Shown piece after piece: positions 17,718 through 27,004 of a DNA stretch of 64,000 nt. Numbering within the stretch: the first letter of the stretch is position 1; each line of letters opens with the position of its first letter. A program made the position numbers and the translations under genes. Location: positions 61,439 to 125,438 of the forward strand of contig NZ_JAWLHG010000009.1 in the NCBI RefSeq assembly GCF_041690465.1, written 5' to 3'. The stretch is from Falsiroseomonas sp. (lineage in GTDB: Bacteria > Pseudomonadota > Alphaproteobacteria > Acetobacterales > Acetobacteraceae). Below the pieces are notes generated by a model. That model was not told the DNA's origin. It searched no databases and worked only from the letters and a program-made list of their open reading frames with translations.

Positions 17718-19493
17718 TCAACACACGACGATCGGCTCGGCGGTGGCCAGCGCGGCGAGGCGCGCGGGATCGGGTGTGAGGCCGAGGCCAGGGCCGGTCG
17801 GCGGCGTCAGACGGCCGTCGGCGATGGCGAAGGCATCCGGCGCGACGATGTCCTCCGCCAGCAGGGGCCAGCCGCAATCCACAGGGTGCGGATCATCGAG
17901 GCGCAGCGCCAGCGCCATCTGCGCATTGGCCGCGGTGCAGAGGCCCGTCTCGTAGAAGCTGTGCAGCGCCGGCGTGAGCCCGAGAAGCCGCGCCACCGCC
18001 ACCATGTCGCGCAGCGCCGCGACGCCGCCCCAGTAGAACAGGTCGCTGAGCACGATGCCGAGGCCCGGCCGCCGCGCCGCCGCGGCGAGATGCTCCGGCG
18101 ACAGGATGCACATGTTGGTGGCGAGCGGCGTCGTGACGTGATGCGCGAGGCGCGCCATGCCCTCGAGCCCGTCGGTCGGGTCTTCGAGGAACTCGAGGCT
18201 TAGCGGCTCGAGGGAGATGCAGAGGCGCCGCGCCTCCTCCACCGGATAGGCGGCGTTCGGATCAAAGCGCAGCCGCGCCGCGGGCCCGAGCGTGGCGCGC
18301 AGTGCGGCGAGCGCGGCGAGGTCCCAGGCGGCATTGCCGGCACTCTTGTACTTGAAGGCGGTGACGCCCCAGCGCGCGGCGATGCCACCGGCGAGATCGG
18401 CCACCCGCGCGGCGTTGCCGGCATCGGCCATGTGCGCGGCGAGTTCCGCCCGGTTCAGCATGCGCCCGGGGACGGCGGCGGGAAGCGGACAGGCAATGGG
18501 GACGGAGCCGCCTTCAACGTGATCGCCGAGTGCGGTGCGCAACGACAGGCCATCGTGCCGCGCCGCGGCGTCCCAGGCGGCGAGGTCGAGGCCGGCGAAG
18601 GCGGCCATACCGTCGCGACCCTGGCGGTTCTCGAAGCCGATGCGCGCGAAGCGGCGGCGCAGGGCGGCGCGGCCGCTGCCGATGTCCTGGCCGATCCAGC
18701 CGCGCGCCATGGTCGCGACCAGCGGCGCGATGGCGCCATGCGTCTCGCCCCAGCCGACGGTGCCACCGGCGGTGCGCAACTCCACCAGCGTGCGCGCCTG
18801 GCGGTCGGTGATGTACATCGAACTGACATAGAGATCGCGCAGCGGCAGGGCGATCCGGTGCAGTCGCACCTCACGCACGGCCAGCGCATCGCTCCCCGTG
18901 GTGATGGTGGGCGACGGGAAGGGAGAGGCGACGGCGGCGCCGATATGCGCGGCGAGGCGCGCGGTGCCGCCGGCCTCGCCGGGATCGGGCCGCAGTGCGA
19001 GCCGCACGTCGAAGGCGCGCGCCAGTGCCGCGAGATCGCGCAACCCTTCCGGCCCGCCGGTCCGCGCATCGGCGACGAGCAGCGTGCGCGCGGGGTCGAG
19101 GCAGGCGGCGACCGGGTCCTGTGTGGCCGGCTCGTCGTTCTCGAGCAGCGGCGGCGGCGCCATCGGCCCGCCGGGCAGCGGCGGCGCGCCGAGCGCGTCC
19201 CGCAAGGCGCCGCGGGCGGCGAGGACGGCGCCGAAGGCGGCACGCTCCACGCCATCCAGCGACAACCAATGCCGCAGCGCGCCTTCCGGCATCTGCGCCA
19301 GCGCTGGCGTATTCACCAGGTCGCGCGCCAGCCGCAATGCTGCCGCTGCCGCATCGGGCGGCAGCGCACAGGCGCCGTTCTCCCCGCTCCCGGCGCGCAG
19401 CACGATGCGATCGTCCAGCAGTTCCGCGGCGGTGATGCGCGGGCCGTGGATGTGGATGGTGGCAGGCATCGCGGGGGGCATGGCCCTTCCCAT
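17718..19493 (-). CDS. Enolase-superfamily (glucarate dehydratase-like) enzyme with an extra degenerate N-terminal module
   Basis: C-terminal ~390 aa has GWGET, FKYKSAG (KxK), RFDPNAA, LEDP, LATNM and ALHS. Start uncertain (ATG at 19493, 19481 or 19469). Confidence 0.8.
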   Translation of the reverse strand: MGRAMPPAMPATIHIHGPRITAAELLDDRIVLRAGSGENGACALPPDAAAAALRLARDLVNTPALAQMPEGALRHWLSLDGVERAAFGAVLAARGALRDALGAPPLPGGPMAPPPLLENDEPATQDPVAACLDPARTLLVADARTGGPEGLRDLAALARAFDVRLALRPDPGEAGGTARLAAHIGAAVASPFPSPTITTGSDALAVREVRLHRIALPLRDLYVSSMYITDRQARTLVELRTAGGTVGWGETHGAIAPLVATMARGWIGQDIGSGRAALRRRFARIGFENRQGRDGMAAFAGLDLAAWDAAARHDGLSLRTALGDHVEGGSVPIACPLPAAVPGRMLNRAELAAHMADAGNAARVADLAGGIAARWGVTAFKYKSAGNAAWDLAALAALRATLGPAARLRFDPNAAYPVEEARRLCISLEPLSLEFLEDPTDGLEGMARLAHHVTTPLATNMCILSPEHLAAAARRPGLGIVLSDLFYWGGVAALRDMVAVARLLGLTPALHSFYETGLCTAANAQMALALRLDDPHPVDCGWPLLAEDIVAPDAFAIADGRLTPPTGPGLGLTPDPARLAALATAEPIVVC

Positions 19494-19515
19494 GTTGACC
19501 GGCTTGACGGAGTTA

Positions 19516-19530
19516 GTTTACTTCCTCAAC
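19516..19530. promoter_or_regulatory. Candidate operator GTTTA-CTTCC-TCAAC (1 mismatch to GTTGA-N5-TCAAC)
   Basis: In the AT-rich 64-bp divergent intergenic region between the dehydratase-like and lyase genes. Confidence 0.55.
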
Positions 19531-19557
19531 CAATTCGTCGCAAGGTCCGATGCCGCC

Positions 19558-20487
19558 ATGTCCAACGGTCCCGAGGTTAATCTGTGCGAGTGCCTGGCCC
19601 GCGACGGGCTGCAGCATGAGGCGAAGGTGATTCCCGTCGAAGCAAAAGCCGCGATGCTGGAACGCATCGCCGATTGCGGCTTCCGCCGCATCGAGATCAC
19701 CTCCTTCGCGCACCCGAAATACGTGCCGCAATTCGCCGATGCCGATGCCGTGCTGGCGGCGGTTCGGCCGCGGCCGGGCGTGCTGTTCAAGGCGACCTGT
19801 CCGAACCCGCAGGCGGTGACCCGGGCGCTGGCCGCGCATGCGCGCGGGCGCGGGCCGGAGGAGCTGAGCTTCCTGGTCTCCGCCTCGGAAGGCCACACGC
19901 GGAAGAACCTGAGGCGCTCGCGGGAGGAGCAATGGGCGAATGTGGCGGAGATGGCGCGCCTTGCCGGCGATGCCTTCACGCTGGTCGGTACCATCTCGGT
20001 GGCCTTCGACTGTCCGTTCGATGGACCCGTTCCGCCGGACAGCGTGATCGCCGATGCGCAGCGCTTCGCCTCGCTCGGCGTCAGGCGCATCGCGATCGGC
20101 GATACCATCGGCAGCGGCACGCCGCCGCGCGTCAAGGAGCTGGTACGCCTGCTGCGGGAGGCTTTGCCGGACGCGCTGTTCATCGCGCATTTCCACGACA
20201 GCCGCGGCACCGGCATCGCCAATTGCGTTGCCGCGCTGGAGGCGGGGCTGCGCCATTTCGACACGGCGCTCGGCGGCACCGGCGGCCATCCCGCAGGCAT
20301 CGCCTATGGCGAGGGCTTCACCGGCAATGTCTGCACCGAGGATCTCGCGACGCTGTTCGCCGCGATGGGCGTCGAGATGGGCCTCGACCTCGACCGCGTG
20401 CGGGAAGCCGGCCGCGCGGCCGAGGCGCTGCTCGGCCGCCAGCTCTATGCGCGCACGGTGCGCATGGGCGAGAAGGCCACCGGCTGA
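19558..20487 (+). CDS. HMG-CoA lyase / citramalyl-CoA lyase-like (DRE-TIM) enzyme
   Basis: ECLARDGLQHE, IEITSFAHPKYVPQFADA, SASEGHTRKNL, GTISVAFDCPF, IGDTIG, AHFHDSRGTG and GNVCTEDL. Confidence 0.92.
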   Translation: MSNGPEVNLCECLARDGLQHEAKVIPVEAKAAMLERIADCGFRRIEITSFAHPKYVPQFADADAVLAAVRPRPGVLFKATCPNPQAVTRALAAHARGRGPEELSFLVSASEGHTRKNLRRSREEQWANVAEMARLAGDAFTLVGTISVAFDCPFDGPVPPDSVIADAQRFASLGVRRIAIGDTIGSGTPPRVKELVRLLREALPDALFIAHFHDSRGTGIANCVAALEAGLRHFDTALGGTGGHPAGIAYGEGFTGNVCTEDLATLFAAMGVEMGLDLDRVREAGRAAEALLGRQLYARTVRMGEKATG

Positions 20488-20498
20488 TCCCGACCGGA

Positions 20499-21494
20499 TC
20501 AGTTCGCCGTGATGCCGGCCCGCTGCACGACCTCTCGCCACATCGGCACTTCCTCGCGCAGCCGTGCCGCAAGGGGAGCGGGGCCGTCCAGCAGGAGGCG
20601 CCCACCGGAATCCCGCAGCCGCTGCGCCAGCACCGAACCCTGCGCGAGCGGCGCGACCTCGCGCGCGAGCAGGTCCACCACCTCCTGCGGCGTGCCGCGA
20701 GGGGCGAGGATGGCGTACCAGATGACCATGCTGTAGCCGGGCACGGCTTCGGCGATGGCGGGCACATCTGGGACAACCGGGCTGCGTTGCGGCGAGGTCA
20801 CGCCGATGCCGAGCAACCGTCCCTCGCGGATATGGGTGACGCCTTCGATCAGCCCGGTCACCATGAGGTCGGTGTCGCCCGCATAGAGCGCGTTGACGGC
20901 CTGCGCGACGCCGCGATAGGGCACGTGCATAAGGTCGATGCCCGCGCGCACCTTCAGCAACTCGCCCGCCAGGTGCGTGGTGGCACCGACACCGGAGGAG
21001 CCGTAGGTGATCTTGCCCGGCTCCGCCTTCGCGTGGGTCAGCAGGTCCTGCAGGCTCTTCACCCGACCATCCAGTCTGGCGAGAATCGCGAGCGGCACTT
21101 CCGAAACCAGCGTCACCGGGACCAGATCATTTAGGGGGTCGTAGCCGGGATTGCTGCGAAGCGCCGGGACGATCGCAACGGAGCCGGTCGTGAAGACGAA
21201 GCTGTGCTCATCGCGCGCCGCGAGCACCGCCTGGATGCCGAGCGCACCGCCCGCGCCAGGCCGCGCCTCCACGATCACCGGCTTGCCGAAGCGCTGGCTG
21301 AGGTGGTCCGCGATGAAGCGCGCCGGCACTTCGACAGGGCCGCCAGGCGCGAAGGGCACCACGAACCGGACGTTGCGGCTCGGCCAGCTGGCGCTGGTGG
21401 CGACCTGCGCCCGCGCCAATGCAGGCAGGGCGAGCGCCGGCAGGGCGGCGAGAAGCGTGCGTCGATCCGGGCGGATTTGGCGATCGCGGGGCAT
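20499..21494 (-). CDS. Bug/TctC tripartite tricarboxylate transporter substrate-binding protein
   Basis: WPSRNVRFVVPFAPGG, VIVEARPGAGG, ITYGSSGVG...HLAGE and HVPYRG; AGGAG RBS before ATG 21494. Confidence 0.93.
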   Translation of the reverse strand: MPRDRQIRPDRRTLLAALPALALPALARAQVATSASWPSRNVRFVVPFAPGGPVEVPARFIADHLSQRFGKPVIVEARPGAGGALGIQAVLAARDEHSFVFTTGSVAIVPALRSNPGYDPLNDLVPVTLVSEVPLAILARLDGRVKSLQDLLTHAKAEPGKITYGSSGVGATTHLAGELLKVRAGIDLMHVPYRGVAQAVNALYAGDTDLMVTGLIEGVTHIREGRLLGIGVTSPQRSPVVPDVPAIAEAVPGYSMVIWYAILAPRGTPQEVVDLLAREVAPLAQGSVLAQRLRDSGGRLLLDGPAPLAARLREEVPMWREVVQRAGITAN

Positions 21495-21516
21495 CCGGGC
21501 GTCTCCTCGGTTTATT

Positions 21517-21531
21517 GTTGACATCATCAAC
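21517..21531. promoter_or_regulatory. Candidate operator GTTGA-CATCA-TCAAC
   Basis: Palindrome (extends to TGTTGA..TCAACA) in the divergent Bug/NMO intergenic region. Confidence 0.7.
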
Positions 21532-21552
21532 AGACTGCTCCATTGCCGCCGA

Positions 21553-21571
21553 CCGTTGATATTGTCAACGG
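21553..21571. promoter_or_regulatory. Candidate operator CCGTTGA-TATTG-TCAACGG
   Basis: Palindrome with 7-bp arms, 38 bp from the 21517 site. Confidence 0.72.
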
Positions 21572-21622
21572 AAAATGCCGTCGCGTTTGTGAGTCGCGTT
21601 CGGGAGGAGTGAGATTTCGCGG

Positions 21623-22585
21623 ATGGTCGAGCGCCTGGGTTTCCCGAGCCGCCTGCCGGCGCTGCTCGGCATCCGCCTGCCGATCGTGCAGGGCGGCATG
21701 TCCTGGGCGTCCTCCTCGGCCGCGCTGCCACTGGCAGTGGCGCGTGCCGGCGCGCTCGGCACCATCGCGGCCGGGCCGATGCGGCCGGAGGCGCTGGTGG
21801 CCGCGATCCGGGAGCTGCGCGCCGGCACGGATGCGCCCTTCGCGGTGAACGTGCCGCTCTACAACAAGCGCTCGGCGGAGTTCCTCGACATCGTCGAGGC
21901 GGAGCGCGTGCCGATCATCATCGCGTCGCAGGGCGGTCCGAAGGCGCTGCCGCGCTTCCGCGCGATCGGGACGAAGTGGGTTCACGTCGTTGCCTCGCCG
22001 CTGCACGCCGCGAAGGCGGCGGAAGCGGGGGTGGACGCGGTGATCGCGGTGGGCGGGGAGGCTGGCGGCCATCCGGCGCCGGACGAGGTCTCCGCGATGG
22101 TGCTGGTGCGCGCGGTGGTGCGCGCGGTGACCATCCCCGTGATCGGCGCAGGGGGCGTCGCGGATGGCGCCGGCATCGCCGCGATGTTCGCGCTGGGTGC
22201 GGAGGGCGCGCAGCTCGGCACGCGCTTCCTGATGACGGAGGAGGCGACGGTGCACCCCGACTACAAGGCGCGCGTGCTGGCGGCGGGGATCAGCGACACG
22301 CGGCTGGTCGGGCGCGGGCGCCTGCCGATCCGCCAGCTCCGCAACCGGTTCACGGACGAGGTGGATGCCGCCGAGCGCGCCGGGCGGCCCGCGGAGGAAC
22401 TGGCTGCACTGCAGGCGAGCCGCTCGTTGCGCGAGGCGGCGCTGGAGGGCGATGTGGAGTTCGGCAAGGTGGAAGCCGGCCAGACCGCGGGCCTGATCGA
22501 CGACATCCCGCCCGCCGGCGAGCTGGTGCGGCGGCTGGCCGCGGAAGCCGAGGCGGTGCGGCTGCGCTTGGCGGGTGCGGCATGA
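21623..22585 (+). CDS. Nitronate monooxygenase / FabK-like FMN-dependent oxidoreductase
   Basis: LLGIRLPIVQGGM, PFAVN, AEAGVDAVIAVGGEAGGH, PVIGAGGVADG and GAEGAQLGTRF. Confidence 0.9.
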   Translation: MVERLGFPSRLPALLGIRLPIVQGGMSWASSSAALPLAVARAGALGTIAAGPMRPEALVAAIRELRAGTDAPFAVNVPLYNKRSAEFLDIVEAERVPIIIASQGGPKALPRFRAIGTKWVHVVASPLHAAKAAEAGVDAVIAVGGEAGGHPAPDEVSAMVLVRAVVRAVTIPVIGAGGVADGAGIAAMFALGAEGAQLGTRFLMTEEATVHPDYKARVLAAGISDTRLVGRGRLPIRQLRNRFTDEVDAAERAGRPAEELAALQASRSLREAALEGDVEFGKVEAGQTAGLIDDIPPAGELVRRLAAEAEAVRLRLAGAA

Positions 22586-23781
22586 AGCCGCTGGCGGGGA
22601 TCACCATCCTCGACCTCTCGCGCGTACTGGCCTGCCCCTTCGCCTCCATGGTGCTGGCGGAACTCGGCGCTGAGGTCATCAAGGTGGAGCAGCCCGGCAG
22701 CGGCGACGAGACGCGAGGCTTCGAGCCCTTCGCCGAAGGTCCGCAGGGCGAGCGCGTCAGCGGCTACTACATGGCCTGCAACCGATCCAAGCGCTCCATC
22801 ACCGTGAACATGCGCCATGCCGAAGGGCGCGCGATCATCCGCGGCCTGGCGGCGCAGGCGGATGTGCTGGTGGAGAACTTCCCGCCCGGCACGCTGAAGC
22901 GGCGCGAGCTGGACTGGCCTTCGCTGCGCGAGGTCAATCCGCGGCTGGTCTTTCTCTCCTGCACCGGCTTCGGGCAGAGCGGGCCATACGCCAAGCGCAA
23001 GGGCTACGACACGGTGTTCCAGGCGATGGGCGGGCTGATGTCGCTGACGGGCGAACGCGGCGGCGGGCCGGTGAAGCCGGGGCTGCCGGTGGCGGACCTG
23101 ACCTCCGGCCTGTGGGTGGCGATCGCGATCCTGTCGGCGCTGCGCGGGCGGGATGCAACGGGGCAGGGCGGCTTCGTGGATTTCTCGATGCTGGACGGGC
23201 AGGTCGCGCTGCTGACCATCGCCGCCGCACGGCTCTTCGCGCTTGGCGAGGTGCCGCCGCGGCTCGGTACCGAGCATCCCGGCCGCGTGCCGACCGCAAG
23301 CTTCCGCTGTGCCGATGGGCGCTTCCTGCACATCACCTGCAGCGACCAGCACTGGCTGCCGCTGTGCAAGGCATTGGGGCTGGAGGCGCTGGCGGCGGAT
23401 GCGGGCCTCGCCACCAACGCCGGCCGGCTGGCGCGGCGCGCGGAGGTGATGCAGGCGTTGGATGCGGCGATGGCCCGGCTGACGCGGGCGGAGGCGGTGG
23501 CGGCGCTGGATGCCGTCGACGTGCCGAACGGCCCGGTGCTGGCGCTGGACGAGGTGGTGGCCGACCCGCATGTGCAGGCGCGCGGCATGGTGCATCGCTT
23601 CGCGCATCCGGCGCTCGGGGAGTTCCCGGCGCTGCGCGTGCCGTTCCGCTTCGAGGGGTGGGACGATCCGGCGGTGGCGCGCCCGCCGCTGCTGGGCGAA
23701 CACACCGAGGAGGTGCTGGCGCAGCGCCTCGGCTACGATGCGGTGCGCATTGCGGCGCTGCGGGAGGAAGGCGCGATATGA
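22582..23781 (+). CDS. Family III (CaiB/BaiF) CoA-transferase
   Basis: PLAGITILDLSRVLACPF, ELGAEVIKVE, NRSKRSIT, ADVLVENFPPG, GFGQSGPY, PVADLTSG (catalytic Asp) and PPLLGEHT. Confidence 0.95.
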   Translation: MKPLAGITILDLSRVLACPFASMVLAELGAEVIKVEQPGSGDETRGFEPFAEGPQGERVSGYYMACNRSKRSITVNMRHAEGRAIIRGLAAQADVLVENFPPGTLKRRELDWPSLREVNPRLVFLSCTGFGQSGPYAKRKGYDTVFQAMGGLMSLTGERGGGPVKPGLPVADLTSGLWVAIAILSALRGRDATGQGGFVDFSMLDGQVALLTIAAARLFALGEVPPRLGTEHPGRVPTASFRCADGRFLHITCSDQHWLPLCKALGLEALAADAGLATNAGRLARRAEVMQALDAAMARLTRAEAVAALDAVDVPNGPVLALDEVVADPHVQARGMVHRFAHPALGEFPALRVPFRFEGWDDPAVARPPLLGEHTEEVLAQRLGYDAVRIAALREEGAI

Positions 23782-24521
23782 GCGATGATCCGATCCTGTT
23801 CGAGCTCTCCGCAGAGGGCGTGGCCACGGTCCGGCTGAACCGCCCGGCCGCGCGCAACGCCCTGAACACGGCGCTCGCCCTGGGGCTGCTGGAATCGGCG
23901 CAGCGCGCGGTGGCGGAGGGCGCGAAGCTGGTGCTGCTGCGCGCAGCCGGCACGGTGTTCTGCGCCGGCGCCGACCTCAAGGAACGCCAGGGCATGAGCG
24001 ACGACCAGGTGCGCGCCCGCCGCGTGAAGGCCTTTGCCGCCTACAACGCGATCGAGCGCCTGCCGATGCCGGCGATCGCCGTGGTGGAGGGGCCGGCGAT
24101 CGGGTCAGGCTGCGAGATCGCCGCCGCCTGCGACTTCGTCGTCGCCACGCCGGCTGCCAGCTTCCGCACGCCGGAGGCGCTGTGGGGCACGGTCGGCGCC
24201 ACGCAGCGCCTGCCGCGCGTCCTCGGCAAGCGGCTGGCGAAGGACATGATGTTCACCGGCCGCACGCTCTCCGCCGAGGAGGCGCGCGAAGCCGGGCTGG
24301 TGACGCGCGTGGTGGCGCCGGAGTCGCTGGAGACCACGCTCGCCGACATGGCCGCGACGATCGTGAAGGCGCCGGCTTCGGCGCTCGCCCTGGCGAAGCG
24401 CTGCGTTGACGAAGGCGTGGAGCGCGACCCGCGCGGCGCGCTGGCAACCGAACTGATGGCCATCGAGGAGAGCCTGGCCGCCGCCGAATGGCGCCGCACC
24501 ATGGCGGGCTTCGGGCGGTGA
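23778..24521 (+). CDS. Enoyl-CoA hydratase/isomerase (crotonase) family protein
   Basis: LNRPAARNAL, FCAGADLKE, GSGCEIAAACD and FRTPE (both catalytic Glu), GATQRLPRVLG. Confidence 0.93.
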   Translation: MSDDPILFELSAEGVATVRLNRPAARNALNTALALGLLESAQRAVAEGAKLVLLRAAGTVFCAGADLKERQGMSDDQVRARRVKAFAAYNAIERLPMPAIAVVEGPAIGSGCEIAAACDFVVATPAASFRTPEALWGTVGATQRLPRVLGKRLAKDMMFTGRTLSAEEAREAGLVTRVVAPESLETTLADMAATIVKAPASALALAKRCVDEGVERDPRGALATELMAIEESLAAAEWRRTMAGFGR

Positions 24522-26128
24522 GCGACTGGGTTCGGCGCCGGCTCTCGGACTTCCTGGACGCAAACGCCGCCGGGCGCGGCGCGGCCGAGGCGCTGGTCAC
24601 CGAGAAGGAACGCCTCAGCCACGCCGCGCTGCGGGAGGAGGCGCGGGCCGTCGCGCGTTCGCTGCTGGCGCTGGGCATCAGGCGTGGCGAGCATGTCGGC
24701 GTGCTGACCGGCAACGACGCCGACTGGGTGCGCATCTTCTATGGCGCGGCGCTGATCGGCGCGGTGACGGTGCCGGTGAACACGCGCTTCAAGGCGCCGG
24801 AGATCGCCTTCGCGCTACGCCAGGCGGATTGCCGCGCGGTGTTCGTGCGTGGCCGCTTCCTGAGGATCGACTTCGCCGCGGCGCTGGCCGAGGCGGAGCC
24901 CGCCGTCGCCACCGGGCTGCCGGGCGAGGCCCTGCCGCTGCTGCGCCAGGCCGTCGTCATGGGCGAGGAGGTGCCGGCCGGTGCGCTCCCATGGTCCGAC
25001 TTCCGCGCGCGCCAGGCGAGCGAAGCGGCACTGGAGGAGGCCATCGCCGCAGTCACGCCGGACGACCCTCTGCTGGTGCAGTTCACCTCCGGCACCACCG
25101 CCTATCCGAAGGGCGTGCTGCTGACGCATACCAACATGCTGCGCAACGCCTGGGCCGTGTCGCAGCGGCTCGGCGTGCGGCCCGATGACCGCTACCTGAA
25201 CTGCCGGCCGTTCTTCCATGTCGCCGGCTCGACGCTCTCGCTGCTGGTCTGCCTCGTCACCGGCGCGACGATGGTGACGCCCCCGACCTTCGAGGCGGGC
25301 GCCGCCCTGCGACTGCTGGAGCAGGAGCGCTGCACGCTGACCAGCGGCAATGACAGCATATTCCAGATGCTGATGGCGCATCCCGAGTACCGGCGCGAGC
25401 GCCTGCATCTGCGCGGCGGCTGGGCGGCAGCCGGTCCCATCACGATGCGCCGCGTGATCGAGGAGATGGGGGCGAAGGAGCTCTGCTGGGCCTATGGTCT
25501 TTCCGAAGCTTCGCCGAATGTGGTGCTGAGCGACCATCGCGACCCGGCGGAGCTGCGCATCTCCGGCCGCGCCGCCCCGCACCCCGGCGTGGAGGTGCGC
25601 ATCGCCGATCCCGCTACGGGCCGCATCCTGCCGCCCGAGGCGCGCGGCGAGATCCAGGTGCGCGGCTGGGGCATCATGCGCGGCTACTACAACAACGCGG
25701 ATGCGACGGCGAAGACCTTCACGCCGGATGGCTGGCTGCGCACCGGCGACCTGGGCGCGCTGGATGCAGAAGGCCGGCTTCGCATGGAAGGTCGGCTGAA
25801 GGACGTGCTGCGCGTTGGCGGCGAGAATGTCGCGCCGGCGGAGGTGGAGGAGGTGCTGCTCGCCCATCCCGCCATCGCCATGGCGCAGGTGGTCGGCGTG
25901 CCGGATGCGCGGCTTGGCGAGGTGCCGGCGGCCTTTGTCACGCTGCGCGCCGGTGCGGCCCTGACGGACGCCGAGTTGCTGGATTGGCTGCGCCCCAGGC
26001 TGGCGAATTTCCGCATGCCCCGGCACCTGCGGATCGTGCCGGATTTCGAGGCGATCGGCATGACCGCCAGCGGCAAGGTGCAGAAGACGAAGCTGCGCGA
26101 GCACGCGGTGGCGCTGTTCGCACGCTGA
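24518..26128 (+). CDS. AMP-forming acyl-CoA synthetase (adenylate-forming superfamily)
   Basis: QFTSGTTAYPKGVLLTH, RPFFHVAG, AYGLSEASP, GWLRTGDLG, GRLKDVLRVGGENVAPAEVE and TASGKVQK; GTGA overlap. Confidence 0.93.
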   Translation: MSDWVRRRLSDFLDANAAGRGAAEALVTEKERLSHAALREEARAVARSLLALGIRRGEHVGVLTGNDADWVRIFYGAALIGAVTVPVNTRFKAPEIAFALRQADCRAVFVRGRFLRIDFAAALAEAEPAVATGLPGEALPLLRQAVVMGEEVPAGALPWSDFRARQASEAALEEAIAAVTPDDPLLVQFTSGTTAYPKGVLLTHTNMLRNAWAVSQRLGVRPDDRYLNCRPFFHVAGSTLSLLVCLVTGATMVTPPTFEAGAALRLLEQERCTLTSGNDSIFQMLMAHPEYRRERLHLRGGWAAAGPITMRRVIEEMGAKELCWAYGLSEASPNVVLSDHRDPAELRISGRAAPHPGVEVRIADPATGRILPPEARGEIQVRGWGIMRGYYNNADATAKTFTPDGWLRTGDLGALDAEGRLRMEGRLKDVLRVGGENVAPAEVEEVLLAHPAIAMAQVVGVPDARLGEVPAAFVTLRAGAALTDAELLDWLRPRLANFRMPRHLRIVPDFEAIGMTASGKVQKTKLREHAVALFAR

Positions 26129-26134
26129 TCCGCG

Positions 26135-27004
26135 TCAGCGCGCCAGCAGCTTCTTCAGGATTGCGATGGCCTCGTAGGGCGTGTTCGCGGTGTGCGCGCC
26201 GGCTTCGCGCAGTGCGGCGAGCTTCGCTGCCGCACTCTCGCGCTCGCTGCCGATCAGCGCGCCGGCATGGCCCATCTGGCGGTCGGCCGGGGCGTGGCGT
26301 CCGACCAGCGTCGCCACCACGGGATGCGGGAAGCGCGCCAGCGCCTCGGCCAGCGCGTATTCCTTGTCGCCGCCGATCTCGCCGCAATAGAGCACGGCGC
26401 GGGTACGCGGATCATCGGCCAGCGCAGCCAGATACTCGTCCGGGTTGCGCCCGATCACTGCGTCGCCGCCGACATGGATGGCGATGCGCTGGCCGATGCC
26501 GGCCGCCGTCAGCAGCCGCGCGACGGTGAGCGTCAGCGTGCCGCTGCGGCCGATCAGCGCCACCTCGCCCGGGCTGCAGAAGGCCGGGGCGACGGAGCCG
26601 AGGAGACCTTCTTCCGGCACGCAGAGGCCGAGCGTGTTCGGCCCCACCAGCCAGCTTCCGGCCGCCCGCGCTTCCTCCGCCGCGCGCAGCGAGTCGTGCA
26701 GCGGCACGTATTCCGCCGCGGCGACGATGGTCGGGATGCCTGCGGCCGCGCATTGCCGGATGGCATCCGCCGTGCCCTCGGGCGGCGTGTAGAGCACGGC
26801 GGCGTCGGGCTGTTCCGGCAGCTGCGCCAAGCTGTCGAACAGCGGCAGGCCATCGAGGCTGCCGCCGCCACGGCCGAGCGCGATGCCGCCCAGCAGCTGC
26901 GTGCCGGCCTCCTTCATCGCCGTGACCTGCCGTGCGGCGTAGCCGCCGGTCGGGTTGAACACCACGACGCGTTGCGGGAAGCGCTCGAGGAAGGGGAGGG
27001 TCAT
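26135..27004 (-). CDS. Succinyl-CoA synthetase alpha-subunit-like CoA-binding protein
   Basis: CoA-binding Rossmann fold, LVGPNTLG, ALIGRSGTLT, IHVGGD, CGEIGG and QMGHAGA (phospho-His motif). Confidence 0.88.
   Translation of the reverse strand: MTLPFLERFPQRVVVFNPTGGYAARQVTAMKEAGTQLLGGIALGRGGGSLDGLPLFDSLAQLPEQPDAAVLYTPPEGTADAIRQCAAAGIPTIVAAAEYVPLHDSLRAAEEARAAGSWLVGPNTLGLCVPEEGLLGSVAPAFCSPGEVALIGRSGTLTLTVARLLTAAGIGQRIAIHVGGDAVIGRNPDEYLAALADDPRTRAVLYCGEIGGDKEYALAEALARFPHPVVATLVGRHAPADRQMGHAGALIGSERESAAAKLAALREAGAHTANTPYEAIAILKKLLAR

Noticed and set aside
20484-20502. Short inverted repeats spanning convergent stop codons (also 26123-26140, 58763-58778 and 8646-8679)
   Set aside because: They are largely explained by facing TGA/TCA codons plus a few GC pairs, and have no U-tracts, so I did not call them terminators.
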